From: a virus
Length of the DNA: 64,000 bases
Reading direction: 5' to 3' (one strand)
Virus record (IMG/VR): IMGVR_UViG_3300042907_001325
Location: 7,259-71,258 of that record
Below are positions 48,527 to 58,594 of the stretch, piece after piece (position 1 is the first letter of the stretch; each line of letters starts with the position of its first letter). The notes below the pieces were generated by a model that did not search any database, had not been told where the DNA came from, and saw only the letters and a program-made list of their open reading frames with translations. The position numbers were made by a program, and so were the translations under genes.

Positions 48527-48958
48527 TTAAATGATTTCAATTGAGTTAATCTTATCTCCTTGTTGTATTTGGTCAATTATATCAAGTCCCTCCATGACTT
48601 TACCAAAACACGTATGGTTTCCATCAAGGTGTTGTGTTCCTTGTCTGTTATGACATATGAAGAACTGAGAACCACCTGTGTTACGTCCAGCGTGAGCCAT
48701 TGACAACACACCTTTTTCGTGGAATTGTTTTGGTGCGGTTACTTCACATGTAATGTTGTATCCTGGCCCACCATTACCAACTCCATTAGGACATCCACCT
48801 TGTATTACAAAGTTTGGGATGACTCTGTGGAAATTTAATCCGTCATAGAATTTTTTACTAATTAAACTTTTGAAGTTTTCTGTGGTGATTGGCGTTTCGT
48901 TGTCATACAACTCAGCAATCATATCACCTTTGCTTGTTGAAATTTTTACTTTACTCAT
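48527..48958 (-). CDS. ppiA: Cyclophilin-type peptidyl-prolyl isomerase
   Basis: FYDGL.FHRVIPNFVIQGGCP, GVLSMAHAG.NTGGSQFFI, HLDGNHT.FG. Confidence 0.93.
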   Translation of the reverse strand: MSKVKISTSKGDMIAELYDNETPITTENFKSLISKKFYDGLNFHRVIPNFVIQGGCPNGVGNGGPGYNITCEVTAPKQFHEKGVLSMAHAGRNTGGSQFFICHNRQGTQHLDGNHTCFGKVMEGLDIIDQIQQGDKINSIEII

Positions 48959-49070
48959 ATATTTTATTTTTTAAAAAAATAAGTAAAATATATTATTGTA
49001 TCAATAGTTAATTATGTTGAAAATTATCTTAATAGACTTGTTTTAACATAATATTTTATAAATATCAATC

Positions 49071-49256
49071 TTATTGCAGTATCTTCCAAACTTTTTTAAT
49101 CGGTAATCCAAGTAGGTCATCAAAATGTCCAATAGCAAATTTTGAATCTTTATCACTATAATTTCTAATTTCAAAAACTAAAACTTCTCCTGAACGAATT
49201 GTTTGTTCATCAGTAATAGTATAATCTTGGCCTTCTATGTTAATTGTTTTTGTCAT
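49071..49256 (-). CDS. Hypothetical protein
   Basis: 61 aa, overlaps upstream stop. Confidence 0.5.
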   Translation of the reverse strand: MTKTINIEGQDYTITDEQTIRSGEVLVFEIRNYSDKDSKFAIGHFDDLLGLPIKKVWKILQ

Positions 49257-49573
49257 AAGTTTTTATTGTTATTCCATTTCCATCCAAAAAATAATTTCAT
49301 AAATGTTCTATGTATCCAATTTGGTGTTTTATCTAAAAATATACGAAACTTTTTTTTATCTCCAATAGAATAACTACCAACATTTTTATTTGTTATTAGT
49401 TTTTTGTATTCCAAATATGGTTTTTCTGTATGAACTACTTTATGAAAATTATCAAGACCAATTTTATCAATTTTAATATCTAAAATTTCTCTTTTCTTTT
49501 TAGGTTTGTAATATTTTTTTTTTGGTTCTTTTTGAACGTTTATTTCAGTTTTAAGGTTTGTTTCTTTTTCCAT
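49253..49573 (-). CDS. Basic hypothetical protein
   Basis: PNWIHR.FMKLFFGWKW C-terminus. Confidence 0.6.
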   Translation of the reverse strand: MEKETNLKTEINVQKEPKKKYYKPKKKREILDIKIDKIGLDNFHKVVHTEKPYLEYKKLITNKNVGSYSIGDKKKFRIFLDKTPNWIHRTFMKLFFGWKWNNNKNL

Positions 49574-49577
49574 TTTT

Positions 49578-50024
49578 TTAGTTTACGATTAAGTTTTCAA
49601 TAATTACAAATCCAATTAATCCTTCGATATAATCGACGATTTGTTCTTCAGTACATTCAGAGATTTTTTTAAAATTAATTTCTCCATGTTTAGGTGTTTC
49701 AGGAATTAATTTTAAGTTTTCTAAGATTGAAAGATTTTCTAAGTTTATAACATATTTATCCATATTTTCATCCAAAACAACTTTAATATTCCCCATTAAT
49801 ATTTTTTTGTGTTCGTCATAGTAGTCAGGATGAAGTAATCCTTCCAATGATGGGTACATTGTTATTGTATCGGCACCTCCTCTAAATGAATTTCTATTAA
49901 TTTGAGAGGAAATCTGTGTGAATTTATCTAATAATGTCTTATTCCAATTTAATTGTACTCCAACATCTGGTTCAATAGTTTCTTTCCAACCCATAAAATC
50001 CCAATTAACAATATTTTCTTTCAT
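49578..50024 (-). CDS. Small protein resembling a fragment of a gp23-type major capsid protein
   Basis: WDFMGWK...WNKTLLDKFTQISSQINRNSFRGGADTI. Confidence 0.5.
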   Translation of the reverse strand: MKENIVNWDFMGWKETIEPDVGVQLNWNKTLLDKFTQISSQINRNSFRGGADTITMYPSLEGLLHPDYYDEHKKILMGNIKVVLDENMDKYVINLENLSILENLKLIPETPKHGEINFKKISECTEEQIVDYIEGLIGFVIIENLIVN

Positions 50025-50119
50025 ATTTTAAAATATAGTAATAAAAAATTAATAAAAAAGTTGTTATAATGAATTTTATGTATATCTTTGTTTTATTATT
50101 AATTTAAAAACAAAAAAAA

Positions 50120-50260
50120 ATGGCAAAAGCAAAAACTTTATCAACTTCAGGTAAAACAGGAAGACCAAAAACAAAACGTCCTGGAATTCACGCAAAGACA
50201 AAATCTTCAAAATTAAAAAAATCTAAAAATTACAAAAAACTTTACTGCGGACAGGGTTAA
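50120..50260 (+). CDS. 46-aa highly basic protein
   Basis: MAKAKTLSTSGKTGRPKTKRPGIHAKTKSSKLKKSKNYKKLYCGQG; TATCTTTG upstream. Confidence 0.7.
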   Translation: MAKAKTLSTSGKTGRPKTKRPGIHAKTKSSKLKKSKNYKKLYCGQG

Positions 50261-50291
50261 GATTAACCACTATTAATAAAAAAACCCCTAA

Positions 50292-50408
50292 TTACAGGGG
50301 TTTTTTTATTTTACTTAAAAAATTAGTAACTTTTTCAATTCGTTTAACGTTTTTGGACAAATTTCTTCTATTTTTCTTTTTTTTACCTTCTTTTTTTGTT
50401 TTTGCCAT
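50292..50408 (-). CDS. 38-aa basic peptide
   Basis: MAKTKKEGKKKKNRRNLSKNVKRIEKVTNFLSKIKKPL; ends inside a bidirectional hairpin at 50281-50307. Confidence 0.45.
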   Translation of the reverse strand: MAKTKKEGKKKKNRRNLSKNVKRIEKVTNFLSKIKKPL

Positions 50409-50433
50409 ATCTTTTATATTTTTATTGGTAAAA

Positions 50434-51393
50434 TTAACGAACAGGTTGGTTTCCAGTTATTGCCGCTCCAGCCTTTGCTCTAAGATTTTGTATTCCTCTA
50501 CCAAATCCAGTATCTGCACCCATTCCTAATGCACTCCTTACTTTACCTCTACCTAACGTGTTTTTTAATTTACTAATTGTTGCGTCAGTTTTTTCAAATG
50601 AGTCAAACATACTTTCTTTTTGTTTTGGGTCTGTAATTTTGTCCCATGCAGAACCAATTTCTGATTTTAACCAAGCGTCAAGTTCAGGAATATTAGTTGA
50701 TTTTCTCTCTGGTGTTACAGATTGAACTGGTGAAAGTGAATTAAAAATTTGAGATAATTCAGAATTCTCTAATACTTTTTGATATTTTGGTGATTTTGTT
50801 ATTGGGTCTACAATAACGACATGGGCCAAATCTTTATTCAAAGTACCATCTGTAATCGCCTTTGTTAATGTTTCTTTAGTATATGTTATTGGCGTCGCTT
50901 TACCATCAACAGATACTTTATATTCAGCTATTTCAGGAGCTACTTTAGCAAACATAGATTTTAAATCTTCTGCAGTTCCGGCTGTAATCCAATTTGGCAT
51001 ACCTTCTTTCCATACTTTGGTGTCTGCTTTAATTTCTCCTTTTGATATTGCATCTTGTAATTGTGTGGCGTCCATAACTACATTACCAGTTGCGGTTTTA
51101 ACGGTATATGATGTTGTACTTGGAGCCGCTTTTTTTGCTATTAGATAGTCACTTAGAGCTTTTTTTGTGTAAGTCCCATATTTTCCGTCCTCTTTCAATG
51201 CAATCCATCCCGGAGTACTCACATTTTTTTTATTTAATTTTATTTGTATATCCTTCACAGTTGCGTTAGGGACATTTGGGTCTATTTTACTAAGAGCCGC
51301 CTGAGTTTCAACAGATTGTTCAAAAATATTTTTTTTATAGAGATTTAAAATTTCTCTTTTTTCACTTTCAGTTATAATTAATCTTTTTCCCAT
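50434..51393 (-). CDS. PG-binding plus GYF_2 (DUF4339)-like protein with ITESEKREIL leader
   Basis: VKDIQIKLN...L.EDGKYG..TKKAL; L...I.KG.I..DT.VWKEGM.NW..A. Confidence 0.65.
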   Translation of the reverse strand: MGKRLIITESEKREILNLYKKNIFEQSVETQAALSKIDPNVPNATVKDIQIKLNKKNVSTPGWIALKEDGKYGTYTKKALSDYLIAKKAAPSTTSYTVKTATGNVVMDATQLQDAISKGEIKADTKVWKEGMPNWITAGTAEDLKSMFAKVAPEIAEYKVSVDGKATPITYTKETLTKAITDGTLNKDLAHVVIVDPITKSPKYQKVLENSELSQIFNSLSPVQSVTPERKSTNIPELDAWLKSEIGSAWDKITDPKQKESMFDSFEKTDATISKLKNTLGRGKVRSALGMGADTGFGRGIQNLRAKAGAAITGNQPVR

Positions 51394-51415
51394 TTTATTA
51401 TATGTGTTATATTAT

Positions 51416-52081
51416 TTATTGTATCTCAGCGGCAATTTTAGCTAAGGCAGCCTCGTCGTAGTTATCCACATCTGATATAATCTTTTCATTTTCAGGAGCT
51501 TGCACTGTTTGTACCGGTTGAACAACTGACTTAACTTCTGGAGTTTTAACCTCTCGAGTTTTAACCTCTTGAGACTTAACCTGTTCTGTATTTTTATTGT
51601 TTTCTATTTTCTTTTCAATGGTTTTACCCTTTACAAAAGTTTGAGATAACTGACATAAAGCAGAAACTTTCTGTGTTAATGTGGGGATATTTTCAATGTA
51701 AAAAAGATTTTTACATTTACCAATCGTTTGTGGACAAGGAGGTAATTTTTGTTCCGTTCCAATTGAAAATTTACCACTACTACAAGTATAATAAATATTA
51801 CCCTTTCCTGACCCATCGACATTACCCGCGATATTTCCAACTTTTTGCCAATTAGTATTAGCATATAAAATACCTTTATTTCCTATATTAAAAGTGGTGC
51901 CTTTAAATAATTTAAGTTCAGACCCCCCATCGAATTTATTTTCAAGTTCAACCGTAGCACCGAGAGTAAATGAAGTTGGAATTGGGGTATCTTCCATTAA
52001 ATAGTGGTTTTTCGTGGCAGTTTTATGTAGTTCTAATATTCTATTTTTTTCTTCCAGTAATATTTTATTAATATTTATCAT
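51416..52081 (-). CDS. Hypothetical protein with EEKNRILELH leader
   Basis: Leader ends YLMED; EVK repeats. Confidence 0.65.
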   Translation of the reverse strand: MININKILLEEKNRILELHKTATKNHYLMEDTPIPTSFTLGATVELENKFDGGSELKLFKGTTFNIGNKGILYANTNWQKVGNIAGNVDGSGKGNIYYTCSSGKFSIGTEQKLPPCPQTIGKCKNLFYIENIPTLTQKVSALCQLSQTFVKGKTIEKKIENNKNTEQVKSQEVKTREVKTPEVKSVVQPVQTVQAPENEKIISDVDNYDEAALAKIAAEIQ

Positions 52082-52106
52082 ATCTTAAATTTATTTTTTA
52101 TTTATT

Positions 52107-52433
52107 TTAATTTGAACCTGTGTGTCTTTTTCTTGGTTCCATTTTTTCATAGTAACCTTCTTTAGAACCTTCCCAATCCCAAGGTAAATCATGTTCCATA
52201 TTGTATTTAATTTTTTTTTCGGAAATACCTTTTAATTTTGCAATAATTCGTTTAAGAAATGGCTGTGATTGGTCTTCATCTTCATCTTCTTCAGTAACCA
52301 AAGGTTTTGAATCTCCAAGTTTAGAGTTTGCTAACCTTGAAAAACTCTCAGTCATAACTTTCATTCCTCCGGTATGTTGGTTTCGGATATTATTTTTTTC
52401 CTCGTCTGATAAATCATTTAATAGGTGTTTCAT
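52107..52433 (-). CDS. Hypothetical protein with EEKNNIRNQH leader
   Basis: MTES and VTEE sites. Confidence 0.65.
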   Translation of the reverse strand: MKHLLNDLSDEEKNNIRNQHTGGMKVMTESFSRLANSKLGDSKPLVTEEDEDEDQSQPFLKRIIAKLKGISEKKIKYNMEHDLPWDWEGSKEGYYEKMEPRKRHTGSN

Positions 52434-52499
52434 AATTTGTTTTATTATAAATATACAATAATTACAATAATTAAAATTATTTGCAACTAAATTGACACA

Positions 52500-53528
52500 T
52501 TAAACGCTGAACACTATCAATCTTTTAGAACTATAACCCAAATTTTTTAAATATTGTTTTAATTCATCCCTGAATATCTCTCGATAACTATTCCAAGAAC
52601 TTGCAGAATAAACAAGTCCTATCTCTCCAAGAAGTTTGGAAGTATTTGTGTTAAATTTTATTGAGTGTAATACGGATTTATTCCCCCAAGTTTTAATATC
52701 CTTTTTAATTTTTTTATTAAGAACATTTTTAACCCATTCATCAACACCTAAAAGGGTAAATCCATCTTGAAAAAAAAAATCAATATTTCCATGAACGGGA
52801 CTCCCCATTTCAAACCCCAAATAATTTGTGATTAAATGCTTAAGTTCTCTTGAAAACTGTTTTATCTCATCCAAACTTCCATCGTATTTCATTGCAGGTT
52901 CAAACTCTGCGGTCATCCAACCTCGAACCACAAATGGTGTGTCTTCTTTAAAATGGATTTTAACAAAATCAGGTATGTCATACTTGGATATAAAATGGTC
53001 AAGAATTTTTTTAAATCTTTTAGTGAATATAATATCCTTTTTAAGGGATGGTAATTTTCTAACTTCTTTCTTAACTAATGCACGACCAATATTTGTCATT
53101 TGAGTTAATGTATTATTATATCTAATATCATAATCAGAAACTTCGTATTCCGTACCGAATTCTTTGATGTATTTTTTAACTAATAAGGACATAGGATATT
53201 CACCAATCTCATCGCCATGATTTTTTTTTATCCAAGTTCTAAATTCCATGACAAAAACTTCCAAAAAATCTTCATCACTATATCCTGATATGTCAACATC
53301 TTCCGTAATTGTACTAATAATTGATTCTTCAATTTTAAAATCACGTTTCAATTTCATCTTCATAATCCCAACAGAGTTATTAAGTTTTTTATACTCGTTA
53401 GAATCACCATAAATAGAATAATCTTTAATAAAATGATTAATATCTTTAATAATTTCCTTAAGTTCATGCTGAGTATTACATGAAGTTATCTTCATAAGTA
53501 AATCATTAAAAGTTTGTCTTTTATTCAT
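52500..53528 (-). CDS. Two-domain hypothetical protein (start revised to ATG 53528)
   Basis: TATTTAT-N4-ATG; IEESIISTITED junction. Confidence 0.65.
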   Translation of the reverse strand: MNKRQTFNDLLMKITSCNTQHELKEIIKDINHFIKDYSIYGDSNEYKKLNNSVGIMKMKLKRDFKIEESIISTITEDVDISGYSDEDFLEVFVMEFRTWIKKNHGDEIGEYPMSLLVKKYIKEFGTEYEVSDYDIRYNNTLTQMTNIGRALVKKEVRKLPSLKKDIIFTKRFKKILDHFISKYDIPDFVKIHFKEDTPFVVRGWMTAEFEPAMKYDGSLDEIKQFSRELKHLITNYLGFEMGSPVHGNIDFFFQDGFTLLGVDEWVKNVLNKKIKKDIKTWGNKSVLHSIKFNTNTSKLLGEIGLVYSASSWNSYREIFRDELKQYLKNLGYSSKRLIVFSV

Positions 53529-53571
53529 AACAATAAATACTAAAAAAATCCAAATTATTATTGGGTATAGT

Positions 53572-54606
53572 TTAATCCGTAAATGTATTATTGATTCTGT
53601 AATCAAATACGACCAATAATCCTGTTGATTTTCTTAATGTATGTTTTAAGTCGTAAATTAACTCATCAAAAACAGACATTTTAGTTGCCGAATGTAAATT
53701 TATCGTTAATTTAAGATAAATTCCAGGTGTTGTATCATACATATTTCCTTCCATGTCAGTTCTTGCTCCTGAAATCATAACCACCTCATCAACACTTATA
53801 CTATCAATTATGTCCACCTCATCACAAGTACTAAAACTAATATGACTTGCGTAGTTATCAGCATTATATTCATTACACTGTTTTTTGATGTATTCTACAT
53901 TATCATCAATAATTTCCTGAAATAATTCTTTTTTGCTTAACTTTTGTTCAGTTATAGTTTTCTCAGTGTCATCAACATCTATTGGTGATAATTTATTGTT
54001 AGATGTTTTTGGTGGAATTGGTGGGTCCAATATAAATTTATCATTAACCCATTTTCTTAACTCATTTTCAACAAAGTATTCAGGAACTTCCTGATTGTTT
54101 GGCATACTATCTGCCAAATTGGCAATATGTCTGGCAAATTTAATTTTATATTTATCATCCAACATGGTCATTAGACCATCAGATATAAAAAATATTTTTG
54201 AAAATGGGTCATCAAAATTAATTTCACCTTCAACAATTTTAAATGAATTTAGAATTGCCTTACCCCAAAACGTTTTATAACTTTCAGTTTCTGTTAAACT
54301 TGGTTTTAATATTTTATTAATTGCTCTTGCAACACCCGCAATAATACCAGGAATCATTAATTGTGGTAGAAAAAATGGAATTAATCTAATTGTTGCTTTA
54401 AATCCACCCTCACCAACATGTTTATATATTCTATTTTTAGATGATTCTTGAACTAATGCTTTTAACTGACCAAAAGTAATTTTACCTTGAGATTTACAAA
54501 ATTTTTCACTGTCACAAATGTTTTTTGCCGCGGTTTTGGATGGTTCAATATTTTCATCTTCCCCAATTAAAGTTTTATATTGTGATTCAGTAATAACGTA
54601 TTTCAT
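53572..54606 (-). CDS. Two-domain protein with MKYVITESQY leader
   Basis: Hydrophobic segment; TITEQ junction. Confidence 0.65.
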   Translation of the reverse strand: MKYVITESQYKTLIGEDENIEPSKTAAKNICDSEKFCKSQGKITFGQLKALVQESSKNRIYKHVGEGGFKATIRLIPFFLPQLMIPGIIAGVARAINKILKPSLTETESYKTFWGKAILNSFKIVEGEINFDDPFSKIFFISDGLMTMLDDKYKIKFARHIANLADSMPNNQEVPEYFVENELRKWVNDKFILDPPIPPKTSNNKLSPIDVDDTEKTITEQKLSKKELFQEIIDDNVEYIKKQCNEYNADNYASHISFSTCDEVDIIDSISVDEVVMISGARTDMEGNMYDTTPGIYLKLTINLHSATKMSVFDELIYDLKHTLRKSTGLLVVFDYRINNTFTD

Positions 54607-54684
54607 ATAACGATAAATACTCTATAAAACAAAAAACCCCACCTATTATGGATGGGGTTTAAAATAGTTAAAAATATTTTTTTA

Positions 54685-55293
54685 TTATTTAATATCTGAA
54701 CTTTCAATTAATGTGTATGTAAAATGATTGCCGTGTACTTTAGCAGCTTTTTTACAAATAGAGATAAATTCATTAAAATCTTTTACTCGTTTAAACACCT
54801 GACAACCTTCTGACCAATTTTCTACCCAAGTAGAATCAACACCAGATTTATGTATATTAATACCAAACATTCCCGTATCTTGTTTAACTTCATCAAAAGT
54901 TAAATCTTTATTATCATCTCTCCACACAGTAACTTCTTGTAATCTTTGACAAACCGCTTCATATTTTCCTTGATGTAATGATAATGCGTATGCTCCTCTA
55001 TATTGTCCCGGTACTAATCTTGCAACACCATTTTTATTATGGAATTGTTTAACTCCTTTTTTTCCTGGGTCGCAGGTTGCTTTCCAGCAATAAAATTGTT
55101 CTACTAATTGAGCATCTTTAAAAGACACTGTTAAACAGTCATCAAATACATTAGTCACTTTTTTATATATGCCAGGTAAGTTATTTCTTACTCCTACTAT
55201 ATTTACATCGTAAGTTTTATTTGAGGCATCTTCAAACCATTTATATCCTTTTGATTTTACGGCCGTTTTGATTTGTTCTTTTGTATAACACAT
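54685..55293 (-). CDS. Putative cell-wall enzyme/endolysin (His/Cys, L,D-transpeptidase-like fold)
   Basis: NIVGVRN, FDD, T.DPG, GINIH, WSEGCQV. Confidence 0.55.
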   Translation of the reverse strand: MCYTKEQIKTAVKSKGYKWFEDASNKTYDVNIVGVRNNLPGIYKKVTNVFDDCLTVSFKDAQLVEQFYCWKATCDPGKKGVKQFHNKNGVARLVPGQYRGAYALSLHQGKYEAVCQRLQEVTVWRDDNKDLTFDEVKQDTGMFGINIHKSGVDSTWVENWSEGCQVFKRVKDFNEFISICKKAAKVHGNHFTYTLIESSDIK

Positions 55294-55517
55294 ATTCTAA
55301 TTTATTAATAAATATTACATAAAACAAAAACCTCCACCTGATAAAGGAAGTGGAGGTTAGTTTTATTTTTTTATTTTAGTATCCGTAGTCGTATCGTACC
55401 AAATAACAATAAGAAGTAATATATTAAAAATAATTAGTTTAACGAAGTTTGAAGTTAAAATAATTAAAACTAAAAATAAGAATATAATACAATATATTAT
55501 ATATGTGTCCAAAATAA

Positions 55518-55739
55518 CTATGACTTTATAACACTCAATTCTTTGGCCCTTTCAACTGCGATATCTTTAGTCTTAAATCCTTTCTCAATCAATTTTTTAG
55601 AATGATAAATATTATAAACTGTAGACCCCACCTCTTTTTTGTCTCCTCTACCTGGTTGTTTTCTCATAACATCCACGGCATAAACATCTAAATAACCAAC
55701 TTTACAAATGTAACGACCTCTTGTTGAACCTTTTCCCAT
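55518..55739 (-). CDS. Small basic hypothetical protein
   Basis: 73 aa; TATATTTG upstream. Confidence 0.65.
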   Translation of the reverse strand: MGKGSTRGRYICKVGYLDVYAVDVMRKQPGRGDKKEVGSTVYNIYHSKKLIEKGFKTKDIAVERAKELSVIKS

Positions 55740-55889
55740 TTTTATTTTTTTTGTTTTAATTAATACTTCTACAAATATACTAATTTATTTTTATTCTGTC
55801 CATTAATATTATTTTTTTTTAAATATTTTTTTCTTTGAATTAAACTTAGTACATTTGTTATAAGTTAAACTAAAAAAAAAATAGAAATT

Positions 55890-56225
55890 ATGTTAAAGTC
55901 AAAAAAAGAAGCTAACGAATATAAAAACTGTTCACTTATTAAATTAAAAAGTGTACGTATGATTTATCGTTTTTTATCATATACGAATTTAGATAATGTA
56001 AACTTTTTTTTTACTTTTTTTGTGTTAGGATTTTTTGTTTTCCTTTTTAATAAGGTGAATATTTTAACTTCATCATTGTTTGTCATTTTTCATTATTTTT
56101 TCTTTTGGAAATACCTTATATTAAATAAAAAATTTAAACTAGTTAACGATAAGGACAGAGAAGAAATTGAAGAAGTAATTTTTTTCTTGGATGAGTTTAT
56201 AAAAAACAAAAAACCCCACCGATGA
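55890..56225 (+). CDS. Two-TM membrane protein
   Basis: Phe-rich helices; TACATTTG upstream. Confidence 0.55.
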   Translation: MLKSKKEANEYKNCSLIKLKSVRMIYRFLSYTNLDNVNFFFTFFVLGFFVFLFNKVNILTSSLFVIFHYFFFWKYLILNKKFKLVNDKDREEIEEVIFFLDEFIKNKKPHR

Positions 56226-56252
56226 GGTAGGGTTTAAAGTTTTAATTTTTAG

Positions 56253-56945
56253 TTAGTCTTTCTTTTCCTTAAGTTTTTTGCTGTACTCAGCAAGAGTGAC
56301 TGGTGTTCCTACTGGATAAGGAAATCCTGATTTAGCGGCAGTTATTGATTTCATACCATTTTTAGCGGGAACTGCTTTACGTAATGGAAATGCCGCCTCA
56401 TTAAGTGGCCCATAAACTTTAGCCAATACAATACCTGTAGATGTTGTATCAAAAACAACTCCTGGCATCGCAAACATATTACTCTCACTTGTACTTGGAG
56501 AATCTAAATTAATTATAAAAGACCTATTAACTGGAGACATCATTTCCCACTCCTTAGTTGAAGGGTTAAATTGGGGGATAGTAGTTGTTGAATCATAATA
56601 CCAAAATAAAGACCATATAGTATTATCTGTTCCGTCAGGAGTTTGGAAGTTTTTACTCACATTAAACTTTCCGTATGTTTCACTAACACCCTTCATTGCT
56701 AAGTTGGAAATAGATGGTCCTGACAGTACGGGACATATTGCACATCCTTCATCAAACTCAACACCTTGCACAACAATCTTTCTTCCTGTAGGTACCGCCC
56801 CTGATGCCCCACAAAAAGCAAAAGAACCCTTATGTATCTTAATAATTTTATCAGATTTAATATCTTCTAACGTTTCAGTTTTTGTTTCTGTATTACAACT
56901 AAATAACATAGTGGCTGTAACAATACTCAATAATAATTTTTTCAT
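56253..56945 (-). CDS. Lipoprotein
   Basis: MKKLLLSIVTATMLFSC lipobox; FAFCGAS and CAICPV. Confidence 0.75.
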   Translation of the reverse strand: MKKLLLSIVTATMLFSCNTETKTETLEDIKSDKIIKIHKGSFAFCGASGAVPTGRKIVVQGVEFDEGCAICPVLSGPSISNLAMKGVSETYGKFNVSKNFQTPDGTDNTIWSLFWYYDSTTTIPQFNPSTKEWEMMSPVNRSFIINLDSPSTSESNMFAMPGVVFDTTSTGIVLAKVYGPLNEAAFPLRKAVPAKNGMKSITAAKSGFPYPVGTPVTLAEYSKKLKEKKD

Positions 56946-57030
56946 AGTTTATAATTTTTATTAATAAATATTACATAAAACAAAAAACCCCCAATCAAAT
57001 GAAAGGGGGTTTAAATTAGTTAATATTATA

Positions 57031-57588
57031 TTACGATTTACTTCTTTCTCTATTTGTTTCTCTTTTTGAATAAGAAAAACAAGCCAATATAATACCAAGA
57101 ACCATTACTAATAACGCCATACCAGCATTACCACGACCCAAACCCATGTATTGTTCGTTTATCTCATGTATTTTAGTGAAAAATTCACTCTGACTCCAAC
57201 CTGATACTTCACCGGCAATACTGATTAATCCTGTCGCACTTGCCAATCCTCCAGCGTAAATTCCAAGATTTGAGATAAAATCTTTAACTCTACTAATAAT
57301 ACCTTCATTTATATAACCTTCGTCCACTAATTTTGATTCTTCGTCGTCTAATTTATTTATTATCTTTTCAAGATTCACCTCTTTAGATTTTTTAAGTATC
57401 TTTGATAGTTCTGCGTCAGTTAAATCACTAAAAACCTCATTTTTAAAGAAATTTTTTGATGCATTAACGGCTTTTTTAAAATTATCAAAAGAACCTCGAA
57501 TAAGTCCTTTTTCTTTTTCTTTTTCAGTTATTATTGTTTTGGCAATTCTCACCAAATCTCTTTCTGTTAATCTTATAATTCTTGCCAT
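57031..57588 (-). CDS. RLTE-leader cassette protein, two-TM cargo
   Basis: MARIIRLTERDLVRIAKTIITE; INEG site, then two hydrophobic helices. Confidence 0.75.
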   Translation of the reverse strand: MARIIRLTERDLVRIAKTIITEKEKEKGLIRGSFDNFKKAVNASKNFFKNEVFSDLTDAELSKILKKSKEVNLEKIINKLDDEESKLVDEGYINEGIISRVKDFISNLGIYAGGLASATGLISIAGEVSGWSQSEFFTKIHEINEQYMGLGRGNAGMALLVMVLGIILACFSYSKRETNRERSKS

Positions 57589-57593
57589 AGTGT

Positions 57594-57800
57594 TTATATT
57601 GTTATTTGTGCGTCAATCTTAGTACCATTCATATTACAATCGGTTAATATTAATGAACCGTTTCTAACTTCCCATGTTCCACTAGTTCCACACGTTCCAT
57701 CCTGAACATCATTAAGTGTGAATCTTTCTTGGTCTTCTTTAATTACTCGTCTAACCAATCGTGTTAAATCTCTTTCAGTTAATCTTACAGTTCTTCTCAT
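57594..57800 (-). CDS. RLTE-leader cassette protein, ~45-aa beta cargo
   Basis: MRRTVRLTERDLTRLVRRVIKED. Confidence 0.75.
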   Translation of the reverse strand: MRRTVRLTERDLTRLVRRVIKEDQERFTLNDVQDGTCGTSGTWEVRNGSLILTDCNMNGTKIDAQITI

Positions 57801-57886
57801 AGTAGTTTAATTTATTAATAAATATAACATAAAACAAAAAAACAACACCTTTGTGGGTGTTGTCATGTAAAATATATGTGGGGGGG

Positions 57887-58402
57887 TTATGCTTTTAGAG
57901 ATTGACCTTGATTCTGTACTTTACAACCGTCAATTGATATCCCTTTTTTAAATTTTTTAACCAATCCCCAAATTGTGTCCCATGTTATGGTGTGTTCACC
58001 ACTTAAATCTTGATATAATGTTTTACCAAATTTTTTATTATAGGCATTTAATACGGAACCCATTTGTTGTTGAGTTTTTATTTCAGATAAAACTTTTGTT
58101 AAATCGTTAGATGCTCCAACCCCTGTCATTGAATTGTGTAGTCGTAATATCCATGATTGAATTGTTTTATCTAATTGGTTTGGTTGACCAGATATCCCTC
58201 TTAATTTGCCAAATAATTCTAAAGACAATTCACCCGATGATTTATAAGTTTTACATCCTGTTTGAGGGGTATTTCCTACCCCTATATCAACACTATACCC
58301 TAATTCAGGCATAGCTTCTAAACCACCTAAAAATTGTTCTTTAATAACCCGTCTAACAAGTCTTGTTAAATCTGATTCCGTTAATCTTACAGTTCTTTTC
58401 AT
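57887..58402 (-). CDS. RLTE-leader cassette protein with annexin-like repeat
   Basis: MKRTVRLTESDLTRLVRRVIKEQ; LHNSMTGVGA...AYNKKFGKTLYQDLSGE. Confidence 0.7.
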   Translation of the reverse strand: MKRTVRLTESDLTRLVRRVIKEQFLGGLEAMPELGYSVDIGVGNTPQTGCKTYKSSGELSLELFGKLRGISGQPNQLDKTIQSWILRLHNSMTGVGASNDLTKVLSEIKTQQQMGSVLNAYNKKFGKTLYQDLSGEHTITWDTIWGLVKKFKKGISIDGCKVQNQGQSLKA

Positions 58403-58403
58403 A

Positions 58404-58577
58404 TTAAATGTCCCGTTTATCCATCAAGTTTAAATATTCGACAATGGCAGTTAATCCTGTCCCAAATGATATTCCAAGACAACCAAAAATCATTAATGAA
58501 TTCATGTTGTCCCAAAAAAATAAAACTAATAAAATCTGAGAAACACACATTACAAAATTTAAAATAAAAGGTATCAT
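58404..58577 (-). CDS. 57-aa two-TM protein
   Basis: Hand-translated MIPFILNFVMCVSQILLVLFFW...; TATTTAT before ATG. Confidence 0.55.
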   Translation of the reverse strand: MIPFILNFVMCVSQILLVLFFWDNMNSLMIFGCLGISFGTGLTAIVEYLNLMDKRDI

Positions 58578-58594
58578 ATTATATAAATACTGTA

